Shown: positions 19,860 through 31,625 of the stretch, piece after piece
Layout of the letters: every line of letters begins with the position of its first letter
Position numbering within the stretch: the first letter of the stretch is position 1
NCBI GenBank assembly: GCA_001304015.1
Contig: LJUY01000009.1
Span: 20,481 to 84,480, forward strand
Origin: a candidate division Zixibacteria bacterium SM23_81
GTDB lineage: Bacteria; SM23-81
Direction of reading: 5' to 3'
DNA length: 64,000 nucleotides
Notes under the pieces: model-generated
The model's input: the letters and a program-made list of their open reading frames with translations, nothing else
The model's database searches: none
Told to the model about the DNA's origin: nothing
Made by a program: the position numbers and the translations under genes

Positions 19860-21255
19860 TAAAAGGATAACTCGATTGGGTAATAGAACCGCCGTATTGG
19901 GAGCCGGCATCACCGGATTGTATACCGCATATAAATTAGCGGAAAAAGGAAAACATGTTGTTGTATTAGAAAGAGAACCCCTCATGGGAGGACTGGCAGG
20001 AAATGTGGAAAGAAAAGGCGCTATTTTTGACTATGGTCCCCATACCTTTTTTCTCGACGATGCGATGAAGGAGGAATTCTATCGGATAATTGATAGTAAG
20101 GAAGTTAATGTTTTTAGAACAAACGCAAAGATCAAATTTGGCAACAAATACTATCATTATCCGTTAGACGCTATCGATATTCTAATTAAGTCAAACCCAA
20201 TTGTAATTTTCAAATGCCTGTCTGATTATATTACTGCTAAAGTTAAAATGAAAACAAGCCATTCTATTGATGATTCAGCGGAATCCTGGATTATAAATAG
20301 ATTTGGTGAAACCTTGTATAGGATTTATTTTGAAAAATATACAGAGAAAGTATGGGGACTCCATCCAAAGTTTATAGCACCGAGCTTTACGGAAGAAAGA
20401 ATCCCACTCTTAAACCTTCGTCAAACTGTCAAGGCAACTATCACAAAAGCAATCAAGCGATTAATAAGGGGTGAGGAGAGAGAAAAATTTACCTATATTG
20501 TGTGGGGACACTATCCCAAAAAAGGGCCGGGTGCTTTTTTCGAGAGATTAGCGAATAAAATCCACAGTAACGACGGTATCATCCACTTAAATTCAAAATT
20601 GAACAGCATACATCTTGACGGTCGCAGAGCAAGCAAGGTATCCTTTGAGAAAGATGGAGATATTAAGACAATAGAGTGCGATTATGTTGTTTCAACTATT
20701 CCAATTAATGAATTAGTAAAACAGATAACTCCTAAAGCCGATTCTCCAATTCTTAAGGCGGCTAATTTGTTGAGATTCAGAGCAGTAGTTTTCGTGAATC
20801 TTCTCGTTAAAAAACAAGATATCTTTGAAGCACGCATGCTCTATTTTAGAAATAGAACTTTTAATAGGGTCTCAGAGACGAATAAATTCAGCAATGAACT
20901 CGTTCCCAAGGGATTGACGGGTTTATGCGCGGAAATAACATGTGATAAGGACGACGAAACTTGGAATGCCGATGAACAACAACTTTGTGATAAAGTGCTT
21001 AGAGAGCTAGAAGAAGAAGATTTTTTTGTTAGGAAAGATGTTGTATATAGCTTTGTTACTCGAAAAGAGCATGGTTATCCTGTAGCAGCTTTGAACTATA
21101 AAGAAAATTTGAATATACTAAGAGATTATATTAACAATATCGAAAATCTGTTTGTGACCGGGCGACAGGGATTATTCAGATATCTTCAAATGGATCATTG
21201 CATGAAGATGGGTTTTGAAGTCGCTGGGCAGATTTTGTCTCAAAGCGAAAGATAG
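19840..21255 (+). CDS. FAD-dependent oxidoreductase (amine-oxidase/protoporphyrinogen-oxidase-like fold)
   Basis: GAGITGLYTAYKLAEKGKHVVVLE dinucleotide-binding motif followed by GGLAG. Confidence 0.6.
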   Translation: MGKQESSKRITRLGNRTAVLGAGITGLYTAYKLAEKGKHVVVLEREPLMGGLAGNVERKGAIFDYGPHTFFLDDAMKEEFYRIIDSKEVNVFRTNAKIKFGNKYYHYPLDAIDILIKSNPIVIFKCLSDYITAKVKMKTSHSIDDSAESWIINRFGETLYRIYFEKYTEKVWGLHPKFIAPSFTEERIPLLNLRQTVKATITKAIKRLIRGEEREKFTYIVWGHYPKKGPGAFFERLANKIHSNDGIIHLNSKLNSIHLDGRRASKVSFEKDGDIKTIECDYVVSTIPINELVKQITPKADSPILKAANLLRFRAVVFVNLLVKKQDIFEARMLYFRNRTFNRVSETNKFSNELVPKGLTGLCAEITCDKDDETWNADEQQLCDKVLRELEEEDFFVRKDVVYSFVTRKEHGYPVAALNYKENLNILRDYINNIENLFVTGRQGLFRYLQMDHCMKMGFEVAGQILSQSER

Positions 21256-21307
21256 CGCCAGTTTCGAAAGGAATAGTTCATTCAAGTGAAAAAACGGAGA
21301 AAAAATT

Positions 21308-21676
21308 ATGTTTAGAAATGTAATTTTCATTCTCTGGGTTGTTTTCTCCTTAGTCGCAAGCCAAGTCTTAATAAAGACAGGGCTGGAAAAAATTGGCGGT
21401 TTCTCCCTAAACTTGCATCAACTCATCCCCAACCTTGGCAAAGTCCTTTGCTCCCCTCTCATTTGGCTAGGATTAATTATAACAGGTTCTGCAGCATTAG
21501 TATGGTTCGATTTGCTTTCAAAACTTGAATTGAGTTTTGTGTATCCAATGGTTAGCTTAAGCTACGTCTTTGCTCTTTTTGCAGCTTGGCTTATTTTTAA
21601 AGAGGATGTCTCCTTAATACGTTTAATAGGTGTCCTCTTTGTTTGTCTTGGAGTATTCTTAATATCGAGAAGCTAA
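21308..21676 (+). CDS. Small 4-TM DMT/EamA-like membrane protein (ArnE/ArnF-like candidate flippase subunit)
   Basis: 122 aa with four hydrophobic helices. RBS acggagaaaaa. Last gene of the low-GC island. Confidence 0.45.
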   Translation: MFRNVIFILWVVFSLVASQVLIKTGLEKIGGFSLNLHQLIPNLGKVLCSPLIWLGLIITGSAALVWFDLLSKLELSFVYPMVSLSYVFALFAAWLIFKEDVSLIRLIGVLFVCLGVFLISRS

Positions 21677-21916
21677 AAAGGCAACTTCATGAATTCATAA
21701 TTTGAATGGAGAATCGAAATCCATTGTCTTTCTTGACATCCGCATAAAAGAAATCAAATAACGAACTGATCAATGTTCTCTCTGACCTTGCGGCTTAAAC
21801 AGAGTGATCTTGGCTCATTCGACACTCCCTCAAAGGGATTGTGATAAACTAAAAAGGCAGAGGAACCTTGGAAGGAAGAAAACCTCCTTGTCGCATCTCA
21901 CTGCTCACAACAAGAA

Positions 21917-21942
21917 AGGCCCAACCTCGCTGTTTGGGCCTC
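21917..21942 (-). terminator. Bidirectional terminator hairpin between the convergent DMT and HAD genes
   Basis: aggcccaa-cctcgctgt-ttgggcct perfect 8-bp stem. T-rich on the minus-strand side (ttcttgttg). Confidence 0.45.
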
Positions 21943-21973
21943 TTGCCGCCTGAACCTCTCCCATTTTGCATCT

Positions 21974-22687
21974 CTATTCTAAAATCTCCTCCATAACTTT
22001 GCGGTAATCGCTGAAGTCACGAAATAGAGCATCCGGTTTCGCTTTCTCTAGCTCCTCATAAGAGATCATCCCGGTGGCTGCCACAACCACCTTGGCTCCA
22101 AAATGGCGAGCACAGGAGATGTCTGCTGTGGTATCTCCCACGATGATGACCTCCCGTCCGCGAAAGTCTCTGCCGAACTGTTGACCAGCTCTCTGCACGG
22201 CTATTCGGGGCAACTGGTTGCGGTCTGCTGAATCGTCGCCGAAAGCTCCCACGGGGAAATACTGGTTCAGACCCACTGGCTCTAGCTTGAGACGTGCTCC
22301 TCGCTGGATATTGCCCGTCACCAGGCCCAAAACCGTACCGTTGTGGCTGTGAAGTGCCGCCACCAACTCCATCACCCCCGGATATACCTTGAGCTTATGG
22401 GCTCGGGTCATCTCCTCTCTAAGGTACTCCACGTAGATATCCCAGAACCGTTCCATCCGTTCCTCTATCAGGTTGAGAGCGTAGCCGGCCAAAGTCATCA
22501 ACTCGATGATGATCTGGGGATCTGTCTTGCCGCTAAAGGGAAAGCCCTTGATGGGGCCGGTGGAACCGTAGACTTCCAACAAGCTTCGCCGCATGGCTCT
22601 TCTTCCGGCACCACCAGTGTACAAGATGGTGCCGTCGATATCGAAGAGAACCAGCTTGGTCCCAACCATCTCCCTCATCGTCCACAA
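21974..22687 (-). CDS. HAD-superfamily hydrolase (phosphatase)
   Basis: Motif I LVLFDIDGTIL plus downstream HAD motifs. Confidence 0.75.
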   Translation of the reverse strand: MWTMREMVGTKLVLFDIDGTILYTGGAGRRAMRRSLLEVYGSTGPIKGFPFSGKTDPQIIIELMTLAGYALNLIEERMERFWDIYVEYLREEMTRAHKLKVYPGVMELVAALHSHNGTVLGLVTGNIQRGARLKLEPVGLNQYFPVGAFGDDSADRNQLPRIAVQRAGQQFGRDFRGREVIIVGDTTADISCARHFGAKVVVAATGMISYEELEKAKPDALFRDFSDYRKVMEEILE

Positions 22688-22700
22688 TCTCCCTGAAAGA

Positions 22701-23843
22701 TCACACCACAGAGAGGTCTCGACTGATCTCCCCGGTTAGAAATCTGTCCATATGAAGCCGATCGATGGGCAGGTCCAACTCCTCACCGGTGATGAGCTGG
22801 GCTAATAAGTCCACCACCTTGGGAGCCAGCATGAAGCCGTGGCCGCTGAAGCCGTTGATCTGTATAAAACCTTCGACTCCATCCACAGGCCCCAAGATGG
22901 GCAGGGCGTCAGGTGTGGTGTCGTAGAGACCACCCCACTGGCGCACGACCTTCACCCGGTGCAGCGCCGGCATGAGATTGAGGATTTTGCGACTCATGGT
23001 CCTCAAAAACTTCATGCTGGAGGTGATATCGAAACCCGGCCTCTCATCTGGGTCACCGTAGCCCATAAGGATGCCCCCTCTCTTTTCTTGTCGGAAATAG
23101 ACGCCGTGCTTAAAGGAGATCACCATGGTGGTGAAGAAGGGCTCCACCTGTTCGGTGACCATGATCTCATGGCGGGTCGGCACGATGGGCAGCTCCACCC
23201 CAACCATCTTGGCGAGGGACACTGAATCCCCACCGGCAGCGTTGACAATCAGAGGCGTCTCGATTTTCCCCCGCGATGTGACCACTGAGGCGATCCGGCC
23301 GCCTCTTTTCTCGATGTTCGTCACCGGAGTGTACAGCTCGATTTGAACTCCCAAGCACTTGGCCGCCTCAGCATATGCCTGGGTCACATAGAAGGGATTG
23401 GCCGAGCCGTCGCTGGGACAGTATGTGGCGCACAAAACACCTTCGGTGTTCAGGTGTGGAGCGATCTCTCGAGCCTCCTTGGGATCGATAAATCGAACAT
23501 CCAATCCCAGTTTCTGCTGCATGGCCACGTTCTTTTTATACTGCTCCACCTCCTGATCCGTATAGGCCAGAATGAGATAGCCTCCCTGCTCGAACTCCGT
23601 CTCATATTCGAGCTCTTCGTCCAGCTGACCAAACAGCCGGACGCTCTCCATGGCCAGTTTTGTGTTCTCCTCGGTGCTCCACTGCTGGCGGATACCACCA
23701 CCACACCGCCCCGTAGCTCCGCTGGCCAGATATTCTCGTTCCAACACGACCACATCCTTAAAGCCCCGCTTGGCCAGACAATAAGCCAGGCCACAACCAC
23801 TTACGCCTCCCCCGATGATCACTGCATCAGCTCGTCTCTTCAT
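22701..23843 (-). CDS. FAD-dependent oxidase, sarcosine-oxidase-beta/HcnC/opine-oxidase-B-like
   Basis: DAVIIGGGVSGCGLAYCLAKRG and VLEREYLASGATGRCGG (DAO family). Confidence 0.7.
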   Translation of the reverse strand: MKRRADAVIIGGGVSGCGLAYCLAKRGFKDVVVLEREYLASGATGRCGGGIRQQWSTEENTKLAMESVRLFGQLDEELEYETEFEQGGYLILAYTDQEVEQYKKNVAMQQKLGLDVRFIDPKEAREIAPHLNTEGVLCATYCPSDGSANPFYVTQAYAEAAKCLGVQIELYTPVTNIEKRGGRIASVVTSRGKIETPLIVNAAGGDSVSLAKMVGVELPIVPTRHEIMVTEQVEPFFTTMVISFKHGVYFRQEKRGGILMGYGDPDERPGFDITSSMKFLRTMSRKILNLMPALHRVKVVRQWGGLYDTTPDALPILGPVDGVEGFIQINGFSGHGFMLAPKVVDLLAQLITGEELDLPIDRLHMDRFLTGEISRDLSVV

Positions 23844-24108
23844 GAGGTGTCCCCGCTAAAATGGCCAGCTCTGTAGGGGCGGCTGGTGGACGAGAGGTTG
23901 GCAGGGGCACCTGGCTTAGAGATGTGCCCGTTTTGGCAGCAATGATCTGGGCTATGAGCCGCCCACAAGTTCGTCCCTGACAGGCTCCCATACCACAGCG
24001 GAGCATCCGTTTCATTTCCTCCGTGGTGGTGAAACCCTGCTCGATAGCCTCGACAACCTGCCCATAGGTTACGTCCTCACAACGGCAGATGATGGTGTCC
24101 TCCGTCAA
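23827..24108 (-). CDS. BFD-like [2Fe-2S]-binding small subunit
   Basis: ICRCEDVTYGQV ... CGMGACQGRTCG cysteine pattern of BFD-like 2Fe-2S domains. Confidence 0.65.
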   Translation of the reverse strand: MTEDTIICRCEDVTYGQVVEAIEQGFTTTEEMKRMLRCGMGACQGRTCGRLIAQIIAAKTGTSLSQVPLPTSRPPAAPTELAILAGTPHEETS

Positions 24109-24170
24109 TCCGTCGCCTCCATATGCAAGTGAAATAGTTCACAACAGCACGCTTAAAAAAGGACCACTCC

Positions 24171-26710
<2,540 letters not shown>

Positions 26711-26721
<11 letters not shown>

Positions 26722-28162
26722 ATCGGCAGGCCTCCTGGCGCATCATCTCCTTGCCCTTTCGAGCCTTCTCCCCAAAGGGTCCGGTCCGTAACTCCTTAAG
26801 CTGGCTCAGAATCTCTTCTTTCCGCTCGGAAATCGCTTTCTTCCCCAAGCTCTCGGCAGCACAGAGGCCTGCCAACCGACCCTCCAGCATGGCCGTGCTG
26901 GCTTCCTCTATGCCCGAGGCATCTCCGGCCACGTAAATGCCCTTCACCGTGGTCTCCAGGTTCTCATCGTGCACGGCCACGTGTCCGCCCAGCTCCGGGA
27001 TGTAGCAAGATTGGCATCCAGCCTGGAAAAGCAGCTCCGCTGTGGGCGACAGACCCACCGCCAGGCAGATGACATCCACGGCAAGCTCGCGTTGAGTGTT
27101 GGGGATGGGTTGCCAGTGGGAATCTACCTGTGCTACCACAGCACCTTCCACCTTCTCTTGGCCACTGGCCTTCGTGATGGTATGACATGTGTGAATGGGA
27201 ACACCAGCGCGTCGAATCTTGGCGGCATGCACGTGATATCCCCCTATATAAGGGGCGGCTTCTATGACCTCGACCACTTCAACGCCGGCCTGAAGCAACT
27301 GATAGCTGACGATGAGACCGATATTGCCCGCACCCACCATCAGCACTCGGCGGCCGGGTATCAGCCCATAGACGTTCATCAAAGTCTGAACAGCCCCAGC
27401 TCCATATACTCCAGGAAGATCGCAGTGCTCAAAGGCCAGCATGTTCTCCGAAGCTCCGCTGGCCATGATGATCTTCTGGGCCCGCAGGCCAAAAAGCTCC
27501 TGTCTCCGGACGACGCCCAGAGTTTTGTCAGCGTATAAGCCTATTGCCGTCGCTTCCAGCATGATCTGAGCCCGGGAGTCATCAATTTGCTCCAACAGAA
27601 GCGGGACGATATCGATACCACGGACCTTAGCGTGTTGTTCCTTAGAACCAAAGAACATGTGGGTTTGCTTGATGAGCTGGCCACCAATGCCGTCATTTTC
27701 ATCGAAGACAACTGTCTCTGCTCCCATTCTTGTGGTCTCAACCGCCGCCGAAAGACCGGCAGGCCCGGCCCCTATGATAGCCACCTCAGTCTCCAAGATT
27801 TTATCCACGTATTGACCAGGCCAGGTCCATATCGTAGCCGGATCGTCCTCGGGAAGCTGGCCTTTACCCTTTGGACTGCAGACTTTCATTCCCTCTCGCA
27901 GTGGGGTGATACAGATCCTCACGTTGGGAACCCCATCAACGGTCATCAGGCAGGAGGAGCACTTGCCGATGGCACAGAAGAAGCCGCGAGGCCGGTGGAG
28001 CTGAGGACTTCTCCGATAGGTGGTCACTCCAGCGGCGTGAAGGGCTGCCGCCACAGTCTCACCCTCATGCCCGTCGAGTTTTTTACCATTAAATGTGAAG
28101 GAGATCTTCCTTCCTCGCTTGAATTGGAGAATGGGATGCTCTGTGAGTCGTATTTCGGCCAT
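26711..28162 (-). CDS. NAD(P)/FAD oxidoreductase with N-terminal 2Fe-2S domain (sarcosine-oxidase-alpha/HcnB/OoxA-like)
   Basis: N-terminal 2Fe-2S fold (FFCAIGKCSSCLMTVDG) then IIGAGPAGLSAA dinucleotide motif and a second Rossmann (VGAGNIGL). Confidence 0.65.
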
Positions 28163-28185
28163 TTGAATTGAATTATGTGTGTAAG

Positions 28186-29337
28186 TTAATAACTGTCCCG
28201 ATAAATCTGAAGCGCCTCTTCCCAGCTCACCTGACGGATGTTGTTGGCCAGATTGCGGGTATGCTCCATGGTCTGGCGGGCGAACTCTTCCAGGTCTTTT
28301 TCCTGAATCCCCAGATCACGCAGGCGAGTGGGCATCTTGACCTCATCTCGGAGGCGTTCAATGGCATCTATGGCCAACTTCGTCCCCCGGGTAGCATCCC
28401 CGCGTTGACCGAGGGCGACGGCCAAGCGAGCGAACCTCTCTTGGTCCGCACTCCCATTAAAGGCCATTACTTTGGGCATTAACACCCCATTGGACAGTCC
28501 GTGGGGGATGCCATACTTGGTGGTGGGGGCATAACCTACCCCGTGTAACAGGGTCGTCCCTGTCTGAGCAATAACCATTCCGGCCAGCATAGAGGCGTAG
28601 AGAACCTTTGTCCGAGCCTCAATATCGTCGCCATGGGCTACAGCCTGAGGAAGATGCCCATGGATAATCCCCACTGCCTCCAGAGCTAAGATATCACTGG
28701 CTGGTTGCGCCTTGGTCGAGATGAACCCCTCCACTGCATGGCTGAGGGCGTCGATGCCGGTATTGGCAGTCACGTCTGGAGGCATGCTGATGGTGAGCCG
28801 GGGATCGAGCAGGGCAACTCGAGGGAAGATGTACGGGCTGGCTACGGACTTCTTCATCCCTTTATGCGAGTCCACGAATACGGCATAGGGGGTCACCTCG
28901 CTGCCCGTTCCAGCCGTGGTGGGCACAGCCACCACAGGCAGAACCGGAGAGGTTATCCTTGCGGAACCAAAATAATCTCCCAACGATCCCCCTAATCTGG
29001 CCAGAACAGCCATCCCTTTTGCGGCATCCATGGGGCTGCCACCGCCCAAGCCCACGATGACATCGCAGCCCATCTTCCTGGCTACGCTACTACCCAACTC
29101 CACCGTCTCAACAGAGGGATTCTCCTCCACTTGATCAAATACCTCCAAGGTCACACCGGCCTTCTTCAGAGAACCCACCACCGTATCCAAAGCGCCACTA
29201 CGCTTAGAGGATTTCCGTCCAGTCACCACCAGGGCTCGCCTGCCCAGACGAGAAGTCTCCTGACCCACACGAGTTATACTACCTTCCCCAAAAGAAACCT
29301 CGGTGGGCAGAAGAAAATGGAAGCTGCGCATCTTCAC
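28186..29337 (-). CDS. Iron-containing alcohol dehydrogenase
   Basis: Fe-ADH signatures GGGSPMDAAKG and His-rich metal site (HGVGYAPTTKYGIPHG). Confidence 0.85.
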   Translation of the reverse strand: MKMRSFHFLLPTEVSFGEGSITRVGQETSRLGRRALVVTGRKSSKRSGALDTVVGSLKKAGVTLEVFDQVEENPSVETVELGSSVARKMGCDVIVGLGGGSPMDAAKGMAVLARLGGSLGDYFGSARITSPVLPVVAVPTTAGTGSEVTPYAVFVDSHKGMKKSVASPYIFPRVALLDPRLTISMPPDVTANTGIDALSHAVEGFISTKAQPASDILALEAVGIIHGHLPQAVAHGDDIEARTKVLYASMLAGMVIAQTGTTLLHGVGYAPTTKYGIPHGLSNGVLMPKVMAFNGSADQERFARLAVALGQRGDATRGTKLAIDAIERLRDEVKMPTRLRDLGIQEKDLEEFARQTMEHTRNLANNIRQVSWEEALQIYRDSY

Positions 29338-29355
29338 TCCCCTTTAGCTCTGAGT

Positions 29356-30972
29356 CTACTGCCCAAATTCCGCCTTAACGCCCAGGGAACTCTCCTTGGT
29401 CAATTCCAAGATCCTCTCCATCTCCCGACGGAGCGGCTCGGTGTCCAAACCACCGTAGTCCAGCTCCTGAGCCAGCTCGCCCGCGGACTTCTCGCTACCC
29501 TGAGCCCACAGCCGTTTTAAAAACTGCCCCACTCGAGGATCGGCGAACCAATGGGGACCATACTCTCTCCGAAGGGTCTCTCGCAACTGCGCTTCTAACA
29601 TCCAAGCCTCCAAGTAGTTGACCGAGTAATAATCCTCATTGGCCATGAGGTAACCCATCTCGGCCTCTGGCAAACTCAACGGGGTCAGCCGGGCTTTCTC
29701 CCACACGTTCCGATAGGTCCACACGGGATCCTGGTCCCCGCTGTGGAGCATCCGCTCAAACAGAAACAGACTGCAATAGTACCTCAACGAGCTGAGCTCC
29801 GACAGCAGGGACTGCCGCAGAAAGGGTTCCACCACCTCTGAGGGCATGCCCAGATCTACCTCCAGGAATTTCTCATCCATGAAGAGATTCTCAAAAAGAA
29901 AAGCGTAGGTCTCGGTGACGCCATAATCTCCCAAATCCTTGAACTCGTATTCTTGGACTTCCACATTAGCATAGTGCTGGGCATGGCCCATCTCGTGAAA
30001 TAGGCTCTCGTAATCCTCCATGCCACCCATCGGCTGCACCAAGACCCTGATGTCGCTGGGAATAGAGATGGTATAACATGCCGGCCTGGGTTCCTTCTCA
30101 GGTCGAACCTCTATGTCCAAATCTATATTGGGCTGTTGAGATAGATCAATGCCCATGTCCGCCAAAACCATCTGCAAAAGGGGTACCATCCAACTGCTGG
30201 GAAAATACTCATCGAACCTATGACCTCGAAACAGCCGAGCGCGATCGTAAACTCGAAGGTCATTCAGGGGAATTTCCAGCACAGTATGAGCCGCCTCCGT
30301 CAACAACTCCCGATAGATGAGTTCCGTCTGGTAGAGAAGGTCTTCGCAGATATGGGTCAACTGATCAAAATCGGTGCTGTGTACACGGTCTTGAAACTCA
30401 TCATAGTCAGTAAACCCGAACTGACGACACGTTTCCCTTTGTATTTGCAGCCTCTGACGCAATAGAGGATTGATTTTGGAAATAACTACTTCTCCCCGAG
30501 CCCGGTATAGTTTCCGGCGCCATTCCCGGTCTGAGCTGTTGAACAATTCTCCATATACCTCCCGGAAGGTAACCTGTTGGCCGTCCACATCCAACCACTC
30601 CATGGCCTGGATGTCCAGAATTTGATCATCCAGCTCCTTGGACCTCTGACCAGCGAATTCCTCCACCAGATATCGGTAGAGATACTCCAGGCGGCGACGT
30701 TCCCGGGGATCTTGCTCCTCTTCCATCTGCTTCTGAACGAACCGGATCAACCTGGGATCGGCAAAAAGATCCTGGTATTCCCCGTAGATCTCTGCCAGGC
30801 GCGAGGGTTGGCCATAATTGTCTGTCTCGTACCAACTGAGGGAAACCTCTTGGTCAAAGGCTTCGGCCCGTATACGGACCTCGTCCAGGTCGTATCGTCT
30901 CTGGGCACACGATAGACCTAGCCCTACTAAAGCAAAACATAGGACTAGATTAAGTCTTCTTCCCAGATTCAT
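29356..30972 (-). CDS. Gluzincin (M2/M3-like) zinc metallopeptidase lipoprotein
   Basis: HExxH motif HEMGHAQHY (resembles the ACE/M3 HEMGH context). Lipoprotein signal MNLGRRLNLVLCFALVGLGLSC. Start moved to the internal ATG at 30972 with RBS aagagg (the track ORF begins at 30996). Confidence 0.45.
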   Translation of the reverse strand: MNLGRRLNLVLCFALVGLGLSCAQRRYDLDEVRIRAEAFDQEVSLSWYETDNYGQPSRLAEIYGEYQDLFADPRLIRFVQKQMEEEQDPRERRRLEYLYRYLVEEFAGQRSKELDDQILDIQAMEWLDVDGQQVTFREVYGELFNSSDREWRRKLYRARGEVVISKINPLLRQRLQIQRETCRQFGFTDYDEFQDRVHSTDFDQLTHICEDLLYQTELIYRELLTEAAHTVLEIPLNDLRVYDRARLFRGHRFDEYFPSSWMVPLLQMVLADMGIDLSQQPNIDLDIEVRPEKEPRPACYTISIPSDIRVLVQPMGGMEDYESLFHEMGHAQHYANVEVQEYEFKDLGDYGVTETYAFLFENLFMDEKFLEVDLGMPSEVVEPFLRQSLLSELSSLRYYCSLFLFERMLHSGDQDPVWTYRNVWEKARLTPLSLPEAEMGYLMANEDYYSVNYLEAWMLEAQLRETLRREYGPHWFADPRVGQFLKRLWAQGSEKSAGELAQELDYGGLDTEPLRREMERILELTKESSLGVKAEFGQ

Positions 30973-30982
30973 AGGACCTCTT

Positions 30983-31597
30983 TCAAGGTTTTGCATTCTG
31001 AAGAGTTCTCGTCTCCCGCCTTCGCTTTATAGGTCGAGAGACGCCGTATTCACTGATCATCACCACACATAAAGCGCAGATGGCCCCCAGCATAGCACCA
31101 CCAACGACGTCCAGAGGATAGTGGACACCTACGTAAACACGGGAGTAGGCCACACCCAGTGGCAAAATAAATAGATACGCGCCCAATTTCTTATGTCTGA
31201 GCATCATGAGAGTCCAGATGGCGAAGTTATTGGTGGCGTGTGAGGAGGGAAAAGAGAGGCGTCCTCCGCAGGGCACCAGCAAGCGCACCCCTTCGAGAAC
31301 GTGACAGGGCCTCTGGCGGGAAACCAAGGGCTTGAGCACGTGGCTACTGATCTGATCGCTGAGCACCAGGAGAATTAGAGCCAGCAATACGGTCACCCTG
31401 GTTCGCCGTCCACCTAAGATGACCGCCGCCAGCGCCGCCAGCGCCAGTGGAACTCGCCACAGCTTGACATCGCTCAACGCTGGCATAATCAGGTCGAAGA
31501 AACCATTCTGCGTCTGGAGGTTGATCATATAAAACCAGATTGTGTCCCAGCAAGAGAGGGTGTCAAAAAACTTCACCAGGGCCAAGAGATATATCAA
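30983..31597 (-). CDS. PAP2-family phosphatase (phosphatidic acid/undecaprenyl-PP phosphatase-like)
   Basis: PAP2 motifs KxxxxxxRP (KPLVSRQRP), PSSHA (FPSSHATN), SRxxxxxHxxxD (SRVYVGVHYPLD). Confidence 0.85.
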   Translation of the reverse strand: MIYLLALVKFFDTLSCWDTIWFYMINLQTQNGFFDLIMPALSDVKLWRVPLALAALAAVILGGRRTRVTVLLALILLVLSDQISSHVLKPLVSRQRPCHVLEGVRLLVPCGGRLSFPSSHATNNFAIWTLMMLRHKKLGAYLFILPLGVAYSRVYVGVHYPLDVVGGAMLGAICALCVVMISEYGVSRPIKRRRETRTLQNAKP

Positions 31598-31625
31598 GGC
31601 AACACCTCAGGCAAACAGACTCCCT

